From a virus (lineage: Duplodnaviria; Caudoviricetes), in IMG/VR virus record IMGVR_UViG_3300025888_000014, positions 1 to 56,306 of that record: DNA of 56,306 nt. One strand, written 5' to 3'. Position numbers and translations under genes: made by a program. How positions within the stretch are numbered: position 1 is the first letter of the stretch; each line of letters begins with the position of its first letter. This document shows positions 17,597 to 26,250 of the stretch, piece by piece. The notes under the pieces were generated by a model. It was not told the origin of the DNA. It did not search any database and saw only the letters and a program-made list of their open reading frames with translations.

Positions 17597-18031
17597 ATGA
17601 ATCCCGCAATACCAATAATCGCCGCCGCGCTCGCCGGCGCGCCCGACCTGCCCCGAGGCGCCCAAATCGACGTGGTTGCCGCCGTCATCGCCGCCGAGGG
17701 CCGCGAGCGGTGGAAGTACATGTGCGCCCAGGCCCAGGCCATCCGCCATCGCGGCGGGAGCGCCTACCAGCGCGTCATCGAGCCTGGGCAATTCAGTTGC
17801 CTCAACGGCACCACGCCGTTTGCCCTGGTGGTCAGGATGCGCCGGGAGGTGGGCTACGACGATGCTAGGGTACTGGCTAAGTGGCTGGTTGTGGGCGCAG
17901 AAAAACCATTCCAGGGCGATCCCGTCAATGGCGCCACGCATTTTCACGATACCAGCATTCGAACTCCCGTCGGCTGGGGACCGTGCCTGGCGATGGTGGG
18001 AAAACTAAAGTTTTTCAAACCCGACAAATGA
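17597..18031 (+). CDS. SleB/CwlJ-like cell wall hydrolase (Hydrolase_2)
   Basis: VIAAEGR (catalytic Glu), GQFSCLN, NGATHFH, terminal FFK. Confidence 0.8.
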   Translation: MNPAIPIIAAALAGAPDLPRGAQIDVVAAVIAAEGRERWKYMCAQAQAIRHRGGSAYQRVIEPGQFSCLNGTTPFALVVRMRREVGYDDARVLAKWLVVGAEKPFQGDPVNGATHFHDTSIRTPVGWGPCLAMVGKLKFFKPDK

Positions 18032-18294
18032 AAATCGAAACACCACGAACCGATGCTGCCGAAAAACTGGCGCAAGATAGTTACGAAATGTCCCGAGAAT
18101 GTGGAGATCCGTCATATCCCGGCGCGGATCTAGCCGAATTTGCCCGCGAACTTGAACGCGAACTCTCCGACTGGCGAACGTGCGCTGGGCGGCTTAGGGA
18201 ATTCGCCATCGCCTACAGTTCTCATCCCCGGCGCAATCCTGGGGACAAACTGATGGAGGCGCTCGATGAATACGACCGGCTCACCACCCATTAG
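18028..18294 (+). CDS. Hypothetical phage protein
   Basis: ETPRTDA...FARELEREL pattern, common in phage ORFs. Confidence 0.7.
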   Translation: MKIETPRTDAAEKLAQDSYEMSRECGDPSYPGADLAEFARELERELSDWRTCAGRLREFAIAYSSHPRRNPGDKLMEALDEYDRLTTH

Positions 18295-18517
18295 GAATGC
18301 CATTTGCGCCCTAACCCTATCGCCAAGGACGCATTTTCAGCCGTCGAGGGTATCAAAGTGCTACCCGGACACCAAAATGAGTTCTAGATGCCATACAGCG
18401 CCACTACGAGCAATATGGGTAAATTGACCCATTTTAAGCTTTTCCCGTCGCGGGCATATAGCCGGTGGATGGCGCCGGTCTCGGGTTGTGCCCGTCATTA
18501 ACACCGCGCGGGAAACG

Positions 18518-18550
18518 AAAAGCCCGGCAGGTTTATCGCCTGCCGGGTTT
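18518..18550. terminator. Probably bidirectional intrinsic terminator between convergent operons
   Basis: AAAAG-CCCGGCAGG-loop-CCTGCCGGG-TTT. Confidence 0.75.
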
Positions 18551-18583
18551 GCGTTCGCAGTATCACCGTATCGGGTCAGACTG

Positions 18584-18751
18584 CTATCGTTTCTCCATTG
18601 CTAGAAGCATTTTCTGAAATCTCAGTTCTGCCGTTTGCCTGCATTTTTTGTCGTAAAGCCGGTCGAGCGTTTCCATCGCCCGAACTTGCGCGGCTTCGGT
18701 TTTAGCGATTGCCATTCTGATTTGCTGGATTTCCAGTTCGTGAGTATTCAT
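18584..18751 (-). CDS. 55-aa coiled-coil hypothetical protein
   Basis: MNTHELEIQQIRMAI...; abuts the upstream stop; not in the track. Confidence 0.55.
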   Translation of the reverse strand: MNTHELEIQQIRMAIAKTEAAQVRAMETLDRLYDKKCRQTAELRFQKMLLAMEKR

Positions 18752-18937
18752 TTATCGTTTCTCCCACCCGTTGCCCAATTTTCCCGCCCACTGGTCCAGA
18801 TCCCATCGCTGTTCAAGCGCCGCCGTCATCTCCCGCCGCGCACGCGATTTCCGCCGCCAATCGCGCCCAGCCGATACCGCCAGAATCGCGCCCAGTACCA
18901 CCGGGAGTGCCGCTAAAATATAGTTTTCAATGCTCAT
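18752..18937 (-). CDS. Small single-TM protein
   Basis: AAAGGA RBS; TM followed by a basic tail. Confidence 0.6.
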   Translation of the reverse strand: MSIENYILAALPVVLGAILAVSAGRDWRRKSRARREMTAALEQRWDLDQWAGKLGNGWEKR

Positions 18938-18955
18938 ATTTCCTTTCATTTGTTC

Positions 18956-19234
18956 CTATTTTGCGACCGCTAACAGCGCGTCATATTCTGGGGTTCCCTC
19001 AACGAACGTCACCCGATCTGTCTCAAAATAATCCGTTTGAAAGTCGGTGTCGTTTCTGACGTTGCCCAATTCTCGCGGTAGGTGGCGCAAAATATCCCGC
19101 GCATAAATCGTGATGCACGCCTTCCCGCCGTTCGCCAGCACGTTCTTGGAGTAGTGCGCCGGCGAGTATTTACCATTGAATCGAACACCGTGCTTGCCGA
19201 TTGTAACGCCGTTAATTGTAAGGGTGGTTTTCAT
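18956..19234 (-). CDS. Hypothetical protein
   Basis: MKTTLTINGV...; A-rich leader. Confidence 0.65.
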   Translation of the reverse strand: MKTTLTINGVTIGKHGVRFNGKYSPAHYSKNVLANGGKACITIYARDILRHLPRELGNVRNDTDFQTDYFETDRVTFVEGTPEYDALLAVAK

Positions 19235-19300
19235 TTCGTAATTTTGTTGATTGTTCACCGACCGAAACCCGACATCAGCCGGGCTGCAATCGGGGAACGG

Positions 19301-19558
19301 TTATGCGCCCGTAACCTTCGCCTCTCCCACCACGTTGCCGGTCTGCTCACAAAAAATCCCTGGTTCATCGAAATCCACCGACTCGAAAGCCGGACCAACC
19401 GCGTCGTGAATCATCCCGTCAAGGTTCGCACGGCGTTCAAACCTAATCCCGCGCGACTCCATTTGCCCGCGCGTTTCAATCCGACGACCGTGCAGCAACA
19501 GCGATGGTGAGTAATGGGTTGGGGTTTCTAAACTGGGGGTGTAGGGTATCATTTTCAT
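19301..19558 (-). CDS. Hypothetical protein
   Basis: AAAGGA RBS before ATG 19558. Confidence 0.6.
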   Translation of the reverse strand: MKMIPYTPSLETPTHYSPSLLLHGRRIETRGQMESRGIRFERRANLDGMIHDAVGPAFESVDFDEPGIFCEQTGNVVGEAKVTGA

Positions 19559-19617
19559 TTTTTTCCTTTTGGTTTGCCGACCTGGCCGCCCCGGAAGGCG
19601 GTCACGTCGATAAACGG

Positions 19618-19740
19618 TCACCTGCCCGCCTTCGCCGCCGCCTTCGCAGCGCCCAGATACCAGCGCCGCCAACCCGCTGATTTGGATTCTATCGCCCATC
19701 GGATCAGAGTCCGCACCGTCAATTTGATCTCGCTAGTCAT
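19618..19740 (-). CDS. 40-aa basic peptide
   Basis: MTSEIKLTVRTLIRWAIESKSAGWRRWYLGAAKAAAKAGR; first ORF after the promoter. Confidence 0.5.
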   Translation of the reverse strand: MTSEIKLTVRTLIRWAIESKSAGWRRWYLGAAKAAAKAGR

Positions 19741-19778
19741 AATGTCGTTTTGTTTGATTGTTTTCTGTTACTGAAAAG

Positions 19779-19807
19779 AAACTAAGCGCTTAGCTTTAAT
19801 ATGTCAA
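19779..19807 (-). promoter_or_regulatory. sigma70 promoter with palindromic operator
   Basis: TTGACA-N17-TAGTTT on the minus strand; perfect palindrome CTAAGCGCTTAG at 19782..19793. Confidence 0.7.
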
Positions 19808-19849
19808 AGGATAAGTGAACATATCGAGCATTGAATAGCAAGGGATACT

Positions 19850-20011
19850 TTACGAGGAAACGCCCGCTGGTATTGAAGGAATCACAACCGCTACCTTCTT
19901 AGGCCGCCCGCCCTTCAGCCCGTTCAGCCGTACTGCCGCCGCTTTTGCCTCTGATTTTACCAGCCCACCACGCCGCCCAGCCTCACCGCAACTCATCGTT
20001 TTTTTCGTCAT
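19850..20011 (-). CDS. 53-aa KGG/AT-hook-like basic protein
   Basis: AGRRGGLVKSEAKAAAVRLNGLKGGRPKK; not in the track. Confidence 0.65.
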   Translation of the reverse strand: MTKKTMSCGEAGRRGGLVKSEAKAAAVRLNGLKGGRPKKVAVVIPSIPAGVSS

Positions 20012-20020
20012 AATTTGTTT

Positions 20021-20215
20021 CTAGTTTATGTTCTTTAGCGCCCGTTTAATCCGGTTTATGTCGTGGACAGACAATACCCAACCGCCATCAAGCACGGAAC
20101 GCATCACCTTCACCACCTTGTCCAAATGCTTCTGTTGAATCAAAGCGTGTCGGACCATCACACCGTCAATGGGGATGAAATAGGCAATTGGTGTTTTCGT
20201 GTGTTTGTTGCTCAT
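20021..20215 (-). CDS. Hypothetical protein, paralogue of the C-terminal domain of 44898..45698
   Basis: YFIPIDGVMVRHALIQQKHLD...ALKNI. Confidence 0.7.
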   Translation of the reverse strand: MSNKHTKTPIAYFIPIDGVMVRHALIQQKHLDKVVKVMRSVLDGGWVLSVHDINRIKRALKNIN

Positions 20216-20305
20216 AATTATTGCCCCTTTCAATATAAACTCTTATTTATCTTTCATATTTTGTTTGCTCCGTTGTTGACCGGCAACTCCAATCCGATAG
20301 GCCAT

Positions 20306-20632
20306 TTAATGAATGCTGCCATCCGGCTCAACGCCTCGGAATTCGTGAGTGAATCTGCCGCTCTTTACCATCACAACGCAACTATGATCATTCTCAGATT
20401 CCTTCTCAGCATCAGGATGCGATGATGATGTTCGGTTTGCGAATCTGAATCCACGTTTTAACAGCTTGGTAATTGATGTCGCTTGTGCTGCCGGTGTAGA
20501 TAGCTTGCCTAGCCATACCCACCACCGCCGATACCATTCGCGCCCGACTATCACCAGAAGAATCGTGCCCAGGATAACCCGGAGCACCTCTAAAATCAGA
20601 ATTTCAGTGTTCATTTTAACTTTGATTTTCAT
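20306..20632 (-). CDS. Single-TM protein
   Basis: Hydrophobic N-terminus; ATGA overlap. Confidence 0.55.
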   Translation of the reverse strand: MKIKVKMNTEILILEVLRVILGTILLVIVGREWYRRWWVWLGKLSTPAAQATSITKLLKRGFRFANRTSSSHPDAEKESENDHSCVVMVKSGRFTHEFRGVEPDGSIH

Positions 20633-20970
20633 GAATCGGCTATGGTCGTTTCACGTGGATAAATGTTCGCACCATGCCTAAGCATTATGTCTATCGCCAT
20701 AACCGCACCCCTAATGTCCAACGGCTGAGAACCGTCCAAGCATTTGCGGATGTTCAGCAACCCGGCCCACATAGATTCACAATCCCCGCATAACGGATTG
20801 CCGTGGCTGGTTCGATGCACCAAGCCTAAAATCGGTTTCCCACATTTCAAACAGCAAATTGCTGCCGATTCGTTTTTCCCGGCTCCGTAAAAACATTCTG
20901 AGAGATGTTCGCGCCCTTGCGATTGTCGGCATTCACTGCAAATTATATCCTTAACTGTGTTTGTTTTCAT
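20629..20970 (-). CDS. Zinc-finger protein
   Basis: CSEC, CLKC, CGDC. Confidence 0.65.
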   Translation of the reverse strand: MKTNTVKDIICSECRQSQGREHLSECFYGAGKNESAAICCLKCGKPILGLVHRTSHGNPLCGDCESMWAGLLNIRKCLDGSQPLDIRGAVMAIDIMLRHGANIYPRETTIADS

Positions 20971-21010
20971 TGTGTCTTTTGATTCGTTGTTTTACCGTTC
21001 TACTATCGCT

Positions 21011-21039
21011 ACAATCTATCAATGCCCTTTGGTTGTCAA
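21011..21039 (-). promoter_or_regulatory. Possible leftward sigma70 promoter
   Basis: TTGACA on the minus strand with TAGATT (N15) or GATTGT (N17). Confidence 0.4.
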
Positions 21040-21331
21040 ATGAATTCGTGAGAAATCTTTCAGCCACCGCCGCCGCACCGCCGACAACGTTGCCCATTTG
21101 CCCAAGGACAGCCGCGAAACCCTCAGACGTACAAAGTGACACCCCATGCCCAAAGGGAAGCCAATCGGTAGTTAGGAGGAAGTTGACCGGAAGCTGGGGG
21201 GAAGTTAGAGAGAATCACGACTCGCCTTGTCGTCATTCAATTGTTCCTCAAATGCCCTACAACGTGCGCGTACCCTTAAACCGTACATTGTGACACCCTT
21301 TCAATCAAAACGCGCCCAGCAAGCCGTACAG

Positions 21332-21360
21332 TTGACAGAATCGGCATCCTCATGCATACT
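21332..21360 (+). promoter_or_regulatory. sigma70 promoter, leaderless
   Basis: TTGACA-N17-CATACT-N6-ATG(21367). Confidence 0.7.
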
Positions 21361-21366
21361 GCCATC

Positions 21367-21750
21367 ATGCTGTTTACACCCGAAACCGCCCGATCAGCCT
21401 CCCAAAAGGGTTTGATCGTTCGGATGTCTCATTCAAAAGCTCGCCAAGATCGTGAAGCTCTACTCACCAGGCTGATCGAACAAGCGTCGTTTCAACCCCC
21501 GATCAAACGGCCCGACGACCAAGATTCATATGCGACTGAACAGGTCGTCATTGTCCGTGAACAGTTAGCTCGCCTTCACGACCAGCTACGCAAAGCCGAT
21601 GACACCCGCGATACATTTCGCATTGCCACGGCTATCTGCAAGCTCGGGGATTATGAAGCGGACCTTGCTGGAAGGCCAAGACCAGGCAACCTTCGCCCAG
21701 TAGCCCCTCGTCGCGCTGTTGCAGCGTTCACGCCGCCGGCTGATAGCTGA
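21367..21750 (+). CDS. Helical protein, candidate terminase small subunit
   Basis: FTPETARSASQKG N-terminus and helical core; followed by a long non-coding region. Function is inferred. Confidence 0.4.
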   Translation: MLFTPETARSASQKGLIVRMSHSKARQDREALLTRLIEQASFQPPIKRPDDQDSYATEQVVIVREQLARLHDQLRKADDTRDTFRIATAICKLGDYEADLAGRPRPGNLRPVAPRRAVAAFTPPADS

Positions 21751-22294
21751 TAGATCATGGTAGATGCTGCCCGCTTGACTGTTTCACTCGATTGCCAGCA
21801 TCGATGCAAGTTGGAACCTGTTGTCATTCAACACACAACGCAAATCTTTCGCACAACATCACTTATGCTTAGTGCGTTAACGTTAGCATTCAACCCATTG
21901 ACTGCGTGTATGTTAGTCCTGTTACGCACCCTGTAACATGCGTTACACATAGCGTAACCATGGCCATGCCTGCCATGCTGTGCCTTGTCCTGTGCTCTGC
22001 CTGCCATCGATCAAAGGAATCTATTGTTTTCGTGGGGGAGGGAGGGCCGGGGGGCGGGTACGGCGCCGGGGGGCGCGGATGGATGGGGACGGTTATACGA
22101 CATATGCACTTTTGTGCGAACCCAACTTTGGAACTTTTCTGGCAGGCGATTGGGATTGTCGCAGAAAGGCGGTATTGCCCGCGGGTGGGATGGATGGGCG
22201 AGGACGTGCGATAAGATTGATCTTGAGCTTGAGGTGCTAGCCCACGTCCTCATTATGCTACGGAAAACTATTTTGTCCACATAGACGATTTTAT

Positions 22295-22323
22295 TTGACA
22301 GGGTAGTGGGGGTGTGGGATGAT
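22295..22323 (+). promoter_or_regulatory. Putative sigma70 promoter, leaderless
   Basis: TTGACA-N17-GATGAT-N7-ATG(22331), extended TG. Confidence 0.5.
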
Positions 22324-22330
22324 GGTAAGA

Positions 22331-23335
22331 ATGAAATTAAAAACGCATCCTGTGGCCGAGATATTTCCGATGATGGGCAAGAGTGAATTGAAGGAATTGG
22401 CGGATGATATTAGGGCGAATGGATTGGAACAAGCGGTCGTGATTCAGGGGGACGTATTGCTCGATGGCAGGAACCGGTTGGCGGCTTGTGAGATGGCGGG
22501 GGTGAAGGTGGATTATCGAGAATACGAGGGGGATAATCCGGTGGCCTTCATCATAAGTTCAAATATTCACCGGCGGCATTTGACGGAATCACAACGCGCC
22601 ATGGTGGCGGTGAAACTGGCGAATATGCGGCAGGGCGAGAGAACCGATAAAGAACCTTCGCCGAATTCGGCTAAGGTGTCCCAGAAGCAAGCCGCCACGC
22701 TTCTCAACGTGGGGGTGTCCTCTGTGAAGGATGCAAAGGTGGTGGCGGACGCCTCGCCCGAACTTATGGCACAAGTCCTATCTGGGGATATAACCGTGAA
22801 TGCCGCCAAGCAACAGGTGAGGCCGCATGTGGCCAACAACTCCGGGAATAACGAATGGTATACGCCGAAGGAATATATTGAGGCGGCTCGGCGCGTAATG
22901 GGAGTTATTGATTTAGATCCGGCGAGCAGCAAGGAAGCAAATGGGGTGGTGAAGGCATCCAAGTTTTACACGGAAAAGGATAATGGTTTGAAGGCGGATT
23001 GGAAGGGAAGGGTTTGGATGAACCCGCCGTATGCTTCGGATTTGGTTGGGAAGTTCATCGAAAAGTTGGCGGTATCAATGGAATCAGGAGAAGTAACCGA
23101 GGCCTTGGTTTTGGTAAATAATGCTACCGATACAAAGTGGTTTGCCCGGCTGGCCAGCATAAGCAAGTTTTTATGTTTTCCAACGGGCCGGGTCCGGTTC
23201 TGGAAGACTGGGAAGAAATCGGCGGCACCCTTGCAGGGGCAATGCGTGGCTTACATCGGGAAGCATTACCAAAAGTTCGTTGATGACTTCTGCCAGTTTG
23301 GAATGATGGTCGAAATAATCCATGAACGACGCTGA
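22331..23335 (+). CDS. ParB-like domain fused to phage Dam-family N6-adenine methyltransferase
   Basis: HPVAEIFP..LDGRNRL..SNIHRRHL; WYTP, DLDPAS, WMNPPY. Confidence 0.9.
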   Translation: MKLKTHPVAEIFPMMGKSELKELADDIRANGLEQAVVIQGDVLLDGRNRLAACEMAGVKVDYREYEGDNPVAFIISSNIHRRHLTESQRAMVAVKLANMRQGERTDKEPSPNSAKVSQKQAATLLNVGVSSVKDAKVVADASPELMAQVLSGDITVNAAKQQVRPHVANNSGNNEWYTPKEYIEAARRVMGVIDLDPASSKEANGVVKASKFYTEKDNGLKADWKGRVWMNPPYASDLVGKFIEKLAVSMESGEVTEALVLVNNATDTKWFARLASISKFLCFPTGRVRFWKTGKKSAAPLQGQCVAYIGKHYQKFVDDFCQFGMMVEIIHERR

Positions 23336-23720
23336 TCGGGGAAAGATAAGGAATCGGGAATATGCTCAACAGCTACGGGATTTTAGCGGACTTAGATTTG
23401 GGAAGATTACGCCAACGGATATTGATGGAATGCTTGAAATTCAGGATCGCGTGTTTGTCTTTATCGAAACCAAACATGGTTCAGCACCGCTTCCATATGG
23501 TCAGAAGTTGGCATTGCAGAGATTATGCGATGCTTGTGAGAAATCTGGAAAGCCTTCACTGGTTATAGTAGCTTCCCATAACACCAAGGAAGATGTTAAG
23601 GTTGCAGAACTTCCGGTGCGGGAGATTCGATTAAAAGGGAAATGGCGAGAGCCTAACAAACCATTAACCGTTCGATTGGCTATTGATGGGTTTCTAACCT
23701 GGAATAAAATCACATTATGA
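23322..23720 (+). CDS. PD-(D/E)XK-like nuclease-fold protein
   Basis: PTDIDG...FIETK...GQ. Confidence 0.55.
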   Translation: MNDADRGKIRNREYAQQLRDFSGLRFGKITPTDIDGMLEIQDRVFVFIETKHGSAPLPYGQKLALQRLCDACEKSGKPSLVIVASHNTKEDVKVAELPVREIRLKGKWREPNKPLTVRLAIDGFLTWNKITL

Positions 23721-24202
23721 GTTCAAGTTTTACGCCAATGTTTAGTGATATTGTGGATTCGTCATTATGGTTGGAGAGTGACCTGGTGGTGAAGGTGTTT
23801 ATGACGATGCTAGCCAAACAGGATCGGGATTATGTGGTTCGGGCCAGCGCGTTCAACATTGCCCGATGGGCGAACAAGACGGAGGAGGAGGTTTTGAAGG
23901 CGCTGAAGATATTGCAGGCGCCGGACACGAAGCGGGTGGAGAAACAGGATTTTGAGGGGCGGAGGGTGAAAAAGGTGGATGACGGGTGGCTGAATTTGAA
24001 TGGTGAGAAGTATGCCAGGAAGATGCGGTTGCTGTTCGAGCGGGCGCGAAAAGCGCAGTGGGCGCGGGAGCATAGGGCAAAGGGGCCGGCGCTGCCCGGT
24101 TCCGGTCTGAACGACGCGATGATCGCGGCTGGAGGAGAGGCTTTGGGCGGCGAGACGTTTCTGCCGGAATCGGCCGACGCAGCCGCGGAGGTGACGTTTT
24201 GA
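23717..24202 (+). CDS. Putative DNA-binding/initiator N-domain-like protein
   Basis: MFSDIVDSSLW..VFMTMLA..GW..N..KY pattern. Confidence 0.5.
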   Translation: MSSSFTPMFSDIVDSSLWLESDLVVKVFMTMLAKQDRDYVVRASAFNIARWANKTEEEVLKALKILQAPDTKRVEKQDFEGRRVKKVDDGWLNLNGEKYARKMRLLFERARKAQWAREHRAKGPALPGSGLNDAMIAAGGEALGGETFLPESADAAAEVTF

Positions 24203-24675
24203 AAGCAATATCACTTTGGCAACCGTGGGCGTCCGCAATGGCGTTTGGCTTGAAACACAACGAAACCCGAAGTTGGCCGACGGCCTATCGTGGAGACTTG
24301 GTAATCTGTTCGGCCAAGCGCAAACCAACATCCATGGAAGTGGGCGAATTAGAAGCCTATGTCCGAATTCTCCATCCGATGCCCTATGGGTGCGCTCTAT
24401 GCGTCGTGGAACTGTACGATTGTCTCCCTACGGTCTTGTTGGACCAACCTAAACTCTCGAAGGCTGAGTATGAATTGGGAAATTACGAGCCCGGCCGATT
24501 CGCGTGGTTGACTCGAAACTGCCGTAAATTTAGGAGTCCGATTCAGATTCGCGGTTATCAAGGAATCTGGAATCTAGACGAAAAGACGGAAGCGGAGATA
24601 ATCGCCATGCCGAAGTGGCGGCCAACCGGAGATACGTTTATCGAGCCGCGGTGCGATGGTGAAGGAGAATTATGA
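24199..24675 (+). CDS. ASCH domain protein
   Basis: AISLWQPWAS, GLKHNETRSW, YRGDLVI, GYQGIW. Confidence 0.88.
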   Translation: MKAISLWQPWASAMAFGLKHNETRSWPTAYRGDLVICSAKRKPTSMEVGELEAYVRILHPMPYGCALCVVELYDCLPTVLLDQPKLSKAEYELGNYEPGRFAWLTRNCRKFRSPIQIRGYQGIWNLDEKTEAEIIAMPKWRPTGDTFIEPRCDGEGEL

Positions 24676-25067
24676 GTTGGCCATCAAAGCGTTCAAAAAA
24701 GACCGCCAGAATTTTGGCTGAAATAAAAAAGTACGTAACGCGCAACACAAATGCGCTTGCTGAAGCGCTTGGTGAACCTCCATGGCGAACTGCATCCAGG
24801 TGTTATTCGATGGCCGCATTCGGAGAGATCGTAAGAGTCAGCAAGGGTCGTCCTGGAAGGGGCGGTTATCCGGCATTATGGATTCTTTCGGCCAAACCTA
24901 AAAACAATTTCCCTGTTCCTGCGTCGGAGTTTGCTGTGAGCGGCGATGCTACTAAGCCGAGCAATACCAGCAAATCGTGCGAAGACGCTGCAATTGACTG
25001 GCTCCCGTCGTACGGGACTCGCACGGCAGGGGATTCGTTTGTCGAGCCGCGGGAGGGGACGTTATGA
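24672..25067 (+). CDS. Putative winged-helix protein
   Basis: ALAEALG helix followed by beta-wing-like residues. Confidence 0.45.
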   Translation: MSWPSKRSKKTARILAEIKKYVTRNTNALAEALGEPPWRTASRCYSMAAFGEIVRVSKGRPGRGGYPALWILSAKPKNNFPVPASEFAVSGDATKPSNTSKSCEDAAIDWLPSYGTRTAGDSFVEPREGTL

Positions 25068-25246
25068 CTGTAAAAGCACTGATTTTCAAACTGAGAAAGA
25101 TGCCCCAGAATTCCGAGGTAGCTTGGAGGGATCACGATCAGAATGAAACTGAGATCAACAAGATTGTGGGGGATGTCAGCCCATTTGAACCGGCCACGTC
25201 ATTCGATCCTAAGTTCTGTAAAAACGTCCATGTTGTGTTGTCATAA
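25064..25246 (+). CDS. Hypothetical protein
   Basis: MTVKALIFKLRKMP pattern; GGAGG RBS. Confidence 0.7.
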   Translation: MTVKALIFKLRKMPQNSEVAWRDHDQNETEINKIVGDVSPFEPATSFDPKFCKNVHVVLS

Positions 25247-25270
25247 CGACTGGGAAGGTGAGGGAGAATC

Positions 25271-25453
25271 ATGAACAAACTCGAACTATTGCTTGATTTC
25301 CTGGCCCTCGATCCGGTCATGGCGATGAACGGGTTGCAGGATGCGGGGCTGGTGTCGGATAACTGCGTCGGGCCGGAGACGGTAGCCGCGGCCGACATTG
25401 AACGGGCGTGCGAATGGGTTCAGCATCACGAGTGGGAAGGAGCGAACGTATGA
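25271..25453 (+). CDS. Hypothetical protein
   Basis: GGAG RBS; overlap chain. Confidence 0.65.
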   Translation: MNKLELLLDFLALDPVMAMNGLQDAGLVSDNCVGPETVAAADIERACEWVQHHEWEGANV

Positions 25454-25662
25454 AGACAATTTGGAGTTGCGGGATCTGCAGCGGTAGGATGATCGATATT
25501 CGAGGTCGTCACCCGTATTCTGACCGGCGTATAGTTTGCCCGACATGCCTGGCGGACAAAATGGATTTGATCCGAGACATCACTGACCGGGATTATGGAC
25601 AGGCATTTTCCGAGAAGTCCAGTGTTGCGCCGAAACTGGTGAAGAACAATTGTGCCGGGTAG
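25450..25662 (+). CDS. Zinc-finger protein
   Basis: CGIC...CPTC. Confidence 0.6.
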   Translation: MKTIWSCGICSGRMIDIRGRHPYSDRRIVCPTCLADKMDLIRDITDRDYGQAFSEKSSVAPKLVKNNCAG

Positions 25663-25763
25663 CACCCGTGCTGATTTGAGAGGTAACGAGTAAATCTCAA
25701 TGAGAACCAAAAAATCCAAGAAAGGGCACCAGCAACGGTGAACTCGTCCAACAATTCATCGAA

Positions 25764-26228
25764 ATGGATTTTATGAAGCACAGAATAATATTGATCGGAT
25801 TGATGGGGTTTCTATTTGTTTGGGCGGTATTCCGCATTGGGACTGTTTTGCTGACCGGTGTAATTGAGTACCAGAATCAAAAACTGTTGGAAAAAGTCAA
25901 AAGCAAGAATTTGGACATGGAGTTCGAACGGCTCAACAATTCAATTGACCAGGCTATAACCGATGCGGGTACAAACTTTCTATTTCTACCGATACCCAAA
26001 GTCGAGTGGATGAACGATGCCATTTATTATACCACGAACCAGGTGTTTGATGAGGAACGAACTTTGGAGGCACGCAATCCTAGATCAGTGACGCTCGAAT
26101 ATGTCGCCTACTCAAAAGATGTCATCACCACGAACAATGTCTGGCCGTCTGTTTTCCCCAAGGGAAATGATCGCATCGAACTGGGTTTTAGGTCTGACGG
26201 CGTTATCGTCTGGAGGAACAGGAAATGA
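25764..26228 (+). CDS. Membrane-anchored exported protein
   Basis: N-terminal TM segment; three TN dipeptides. Confidence 0.65.
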   Translation: MDFMKHRIILIGLMGFLFVWAVFRIGTVLLTGVIEYQNQKLLEKVKSKNLDMEFERLNNSIDQAITDAGTNFLFLPIPKVEWMNDAIYYTTNQVFDEERTLEARNPRSVTLEYVAYSKDVITTNNVWPSVFPKGNDRIELGFRSDGVIVWRNRK

Positions 26229-26250
26229 ACGTGATGAGTAAGGAGAATTT

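Noticed and set aside
19259-19300. Hammerhead ribozyme in an intergenic hairpin (CTGATG on the minus strand)
   Set aside because: Lacks the full CUGANGA/GAAA core and three stems.
21906-22284. Track ORFs in the G-rich region
   Set aside because: Overlapping low-complexity frames without start context; more likely non-coding.
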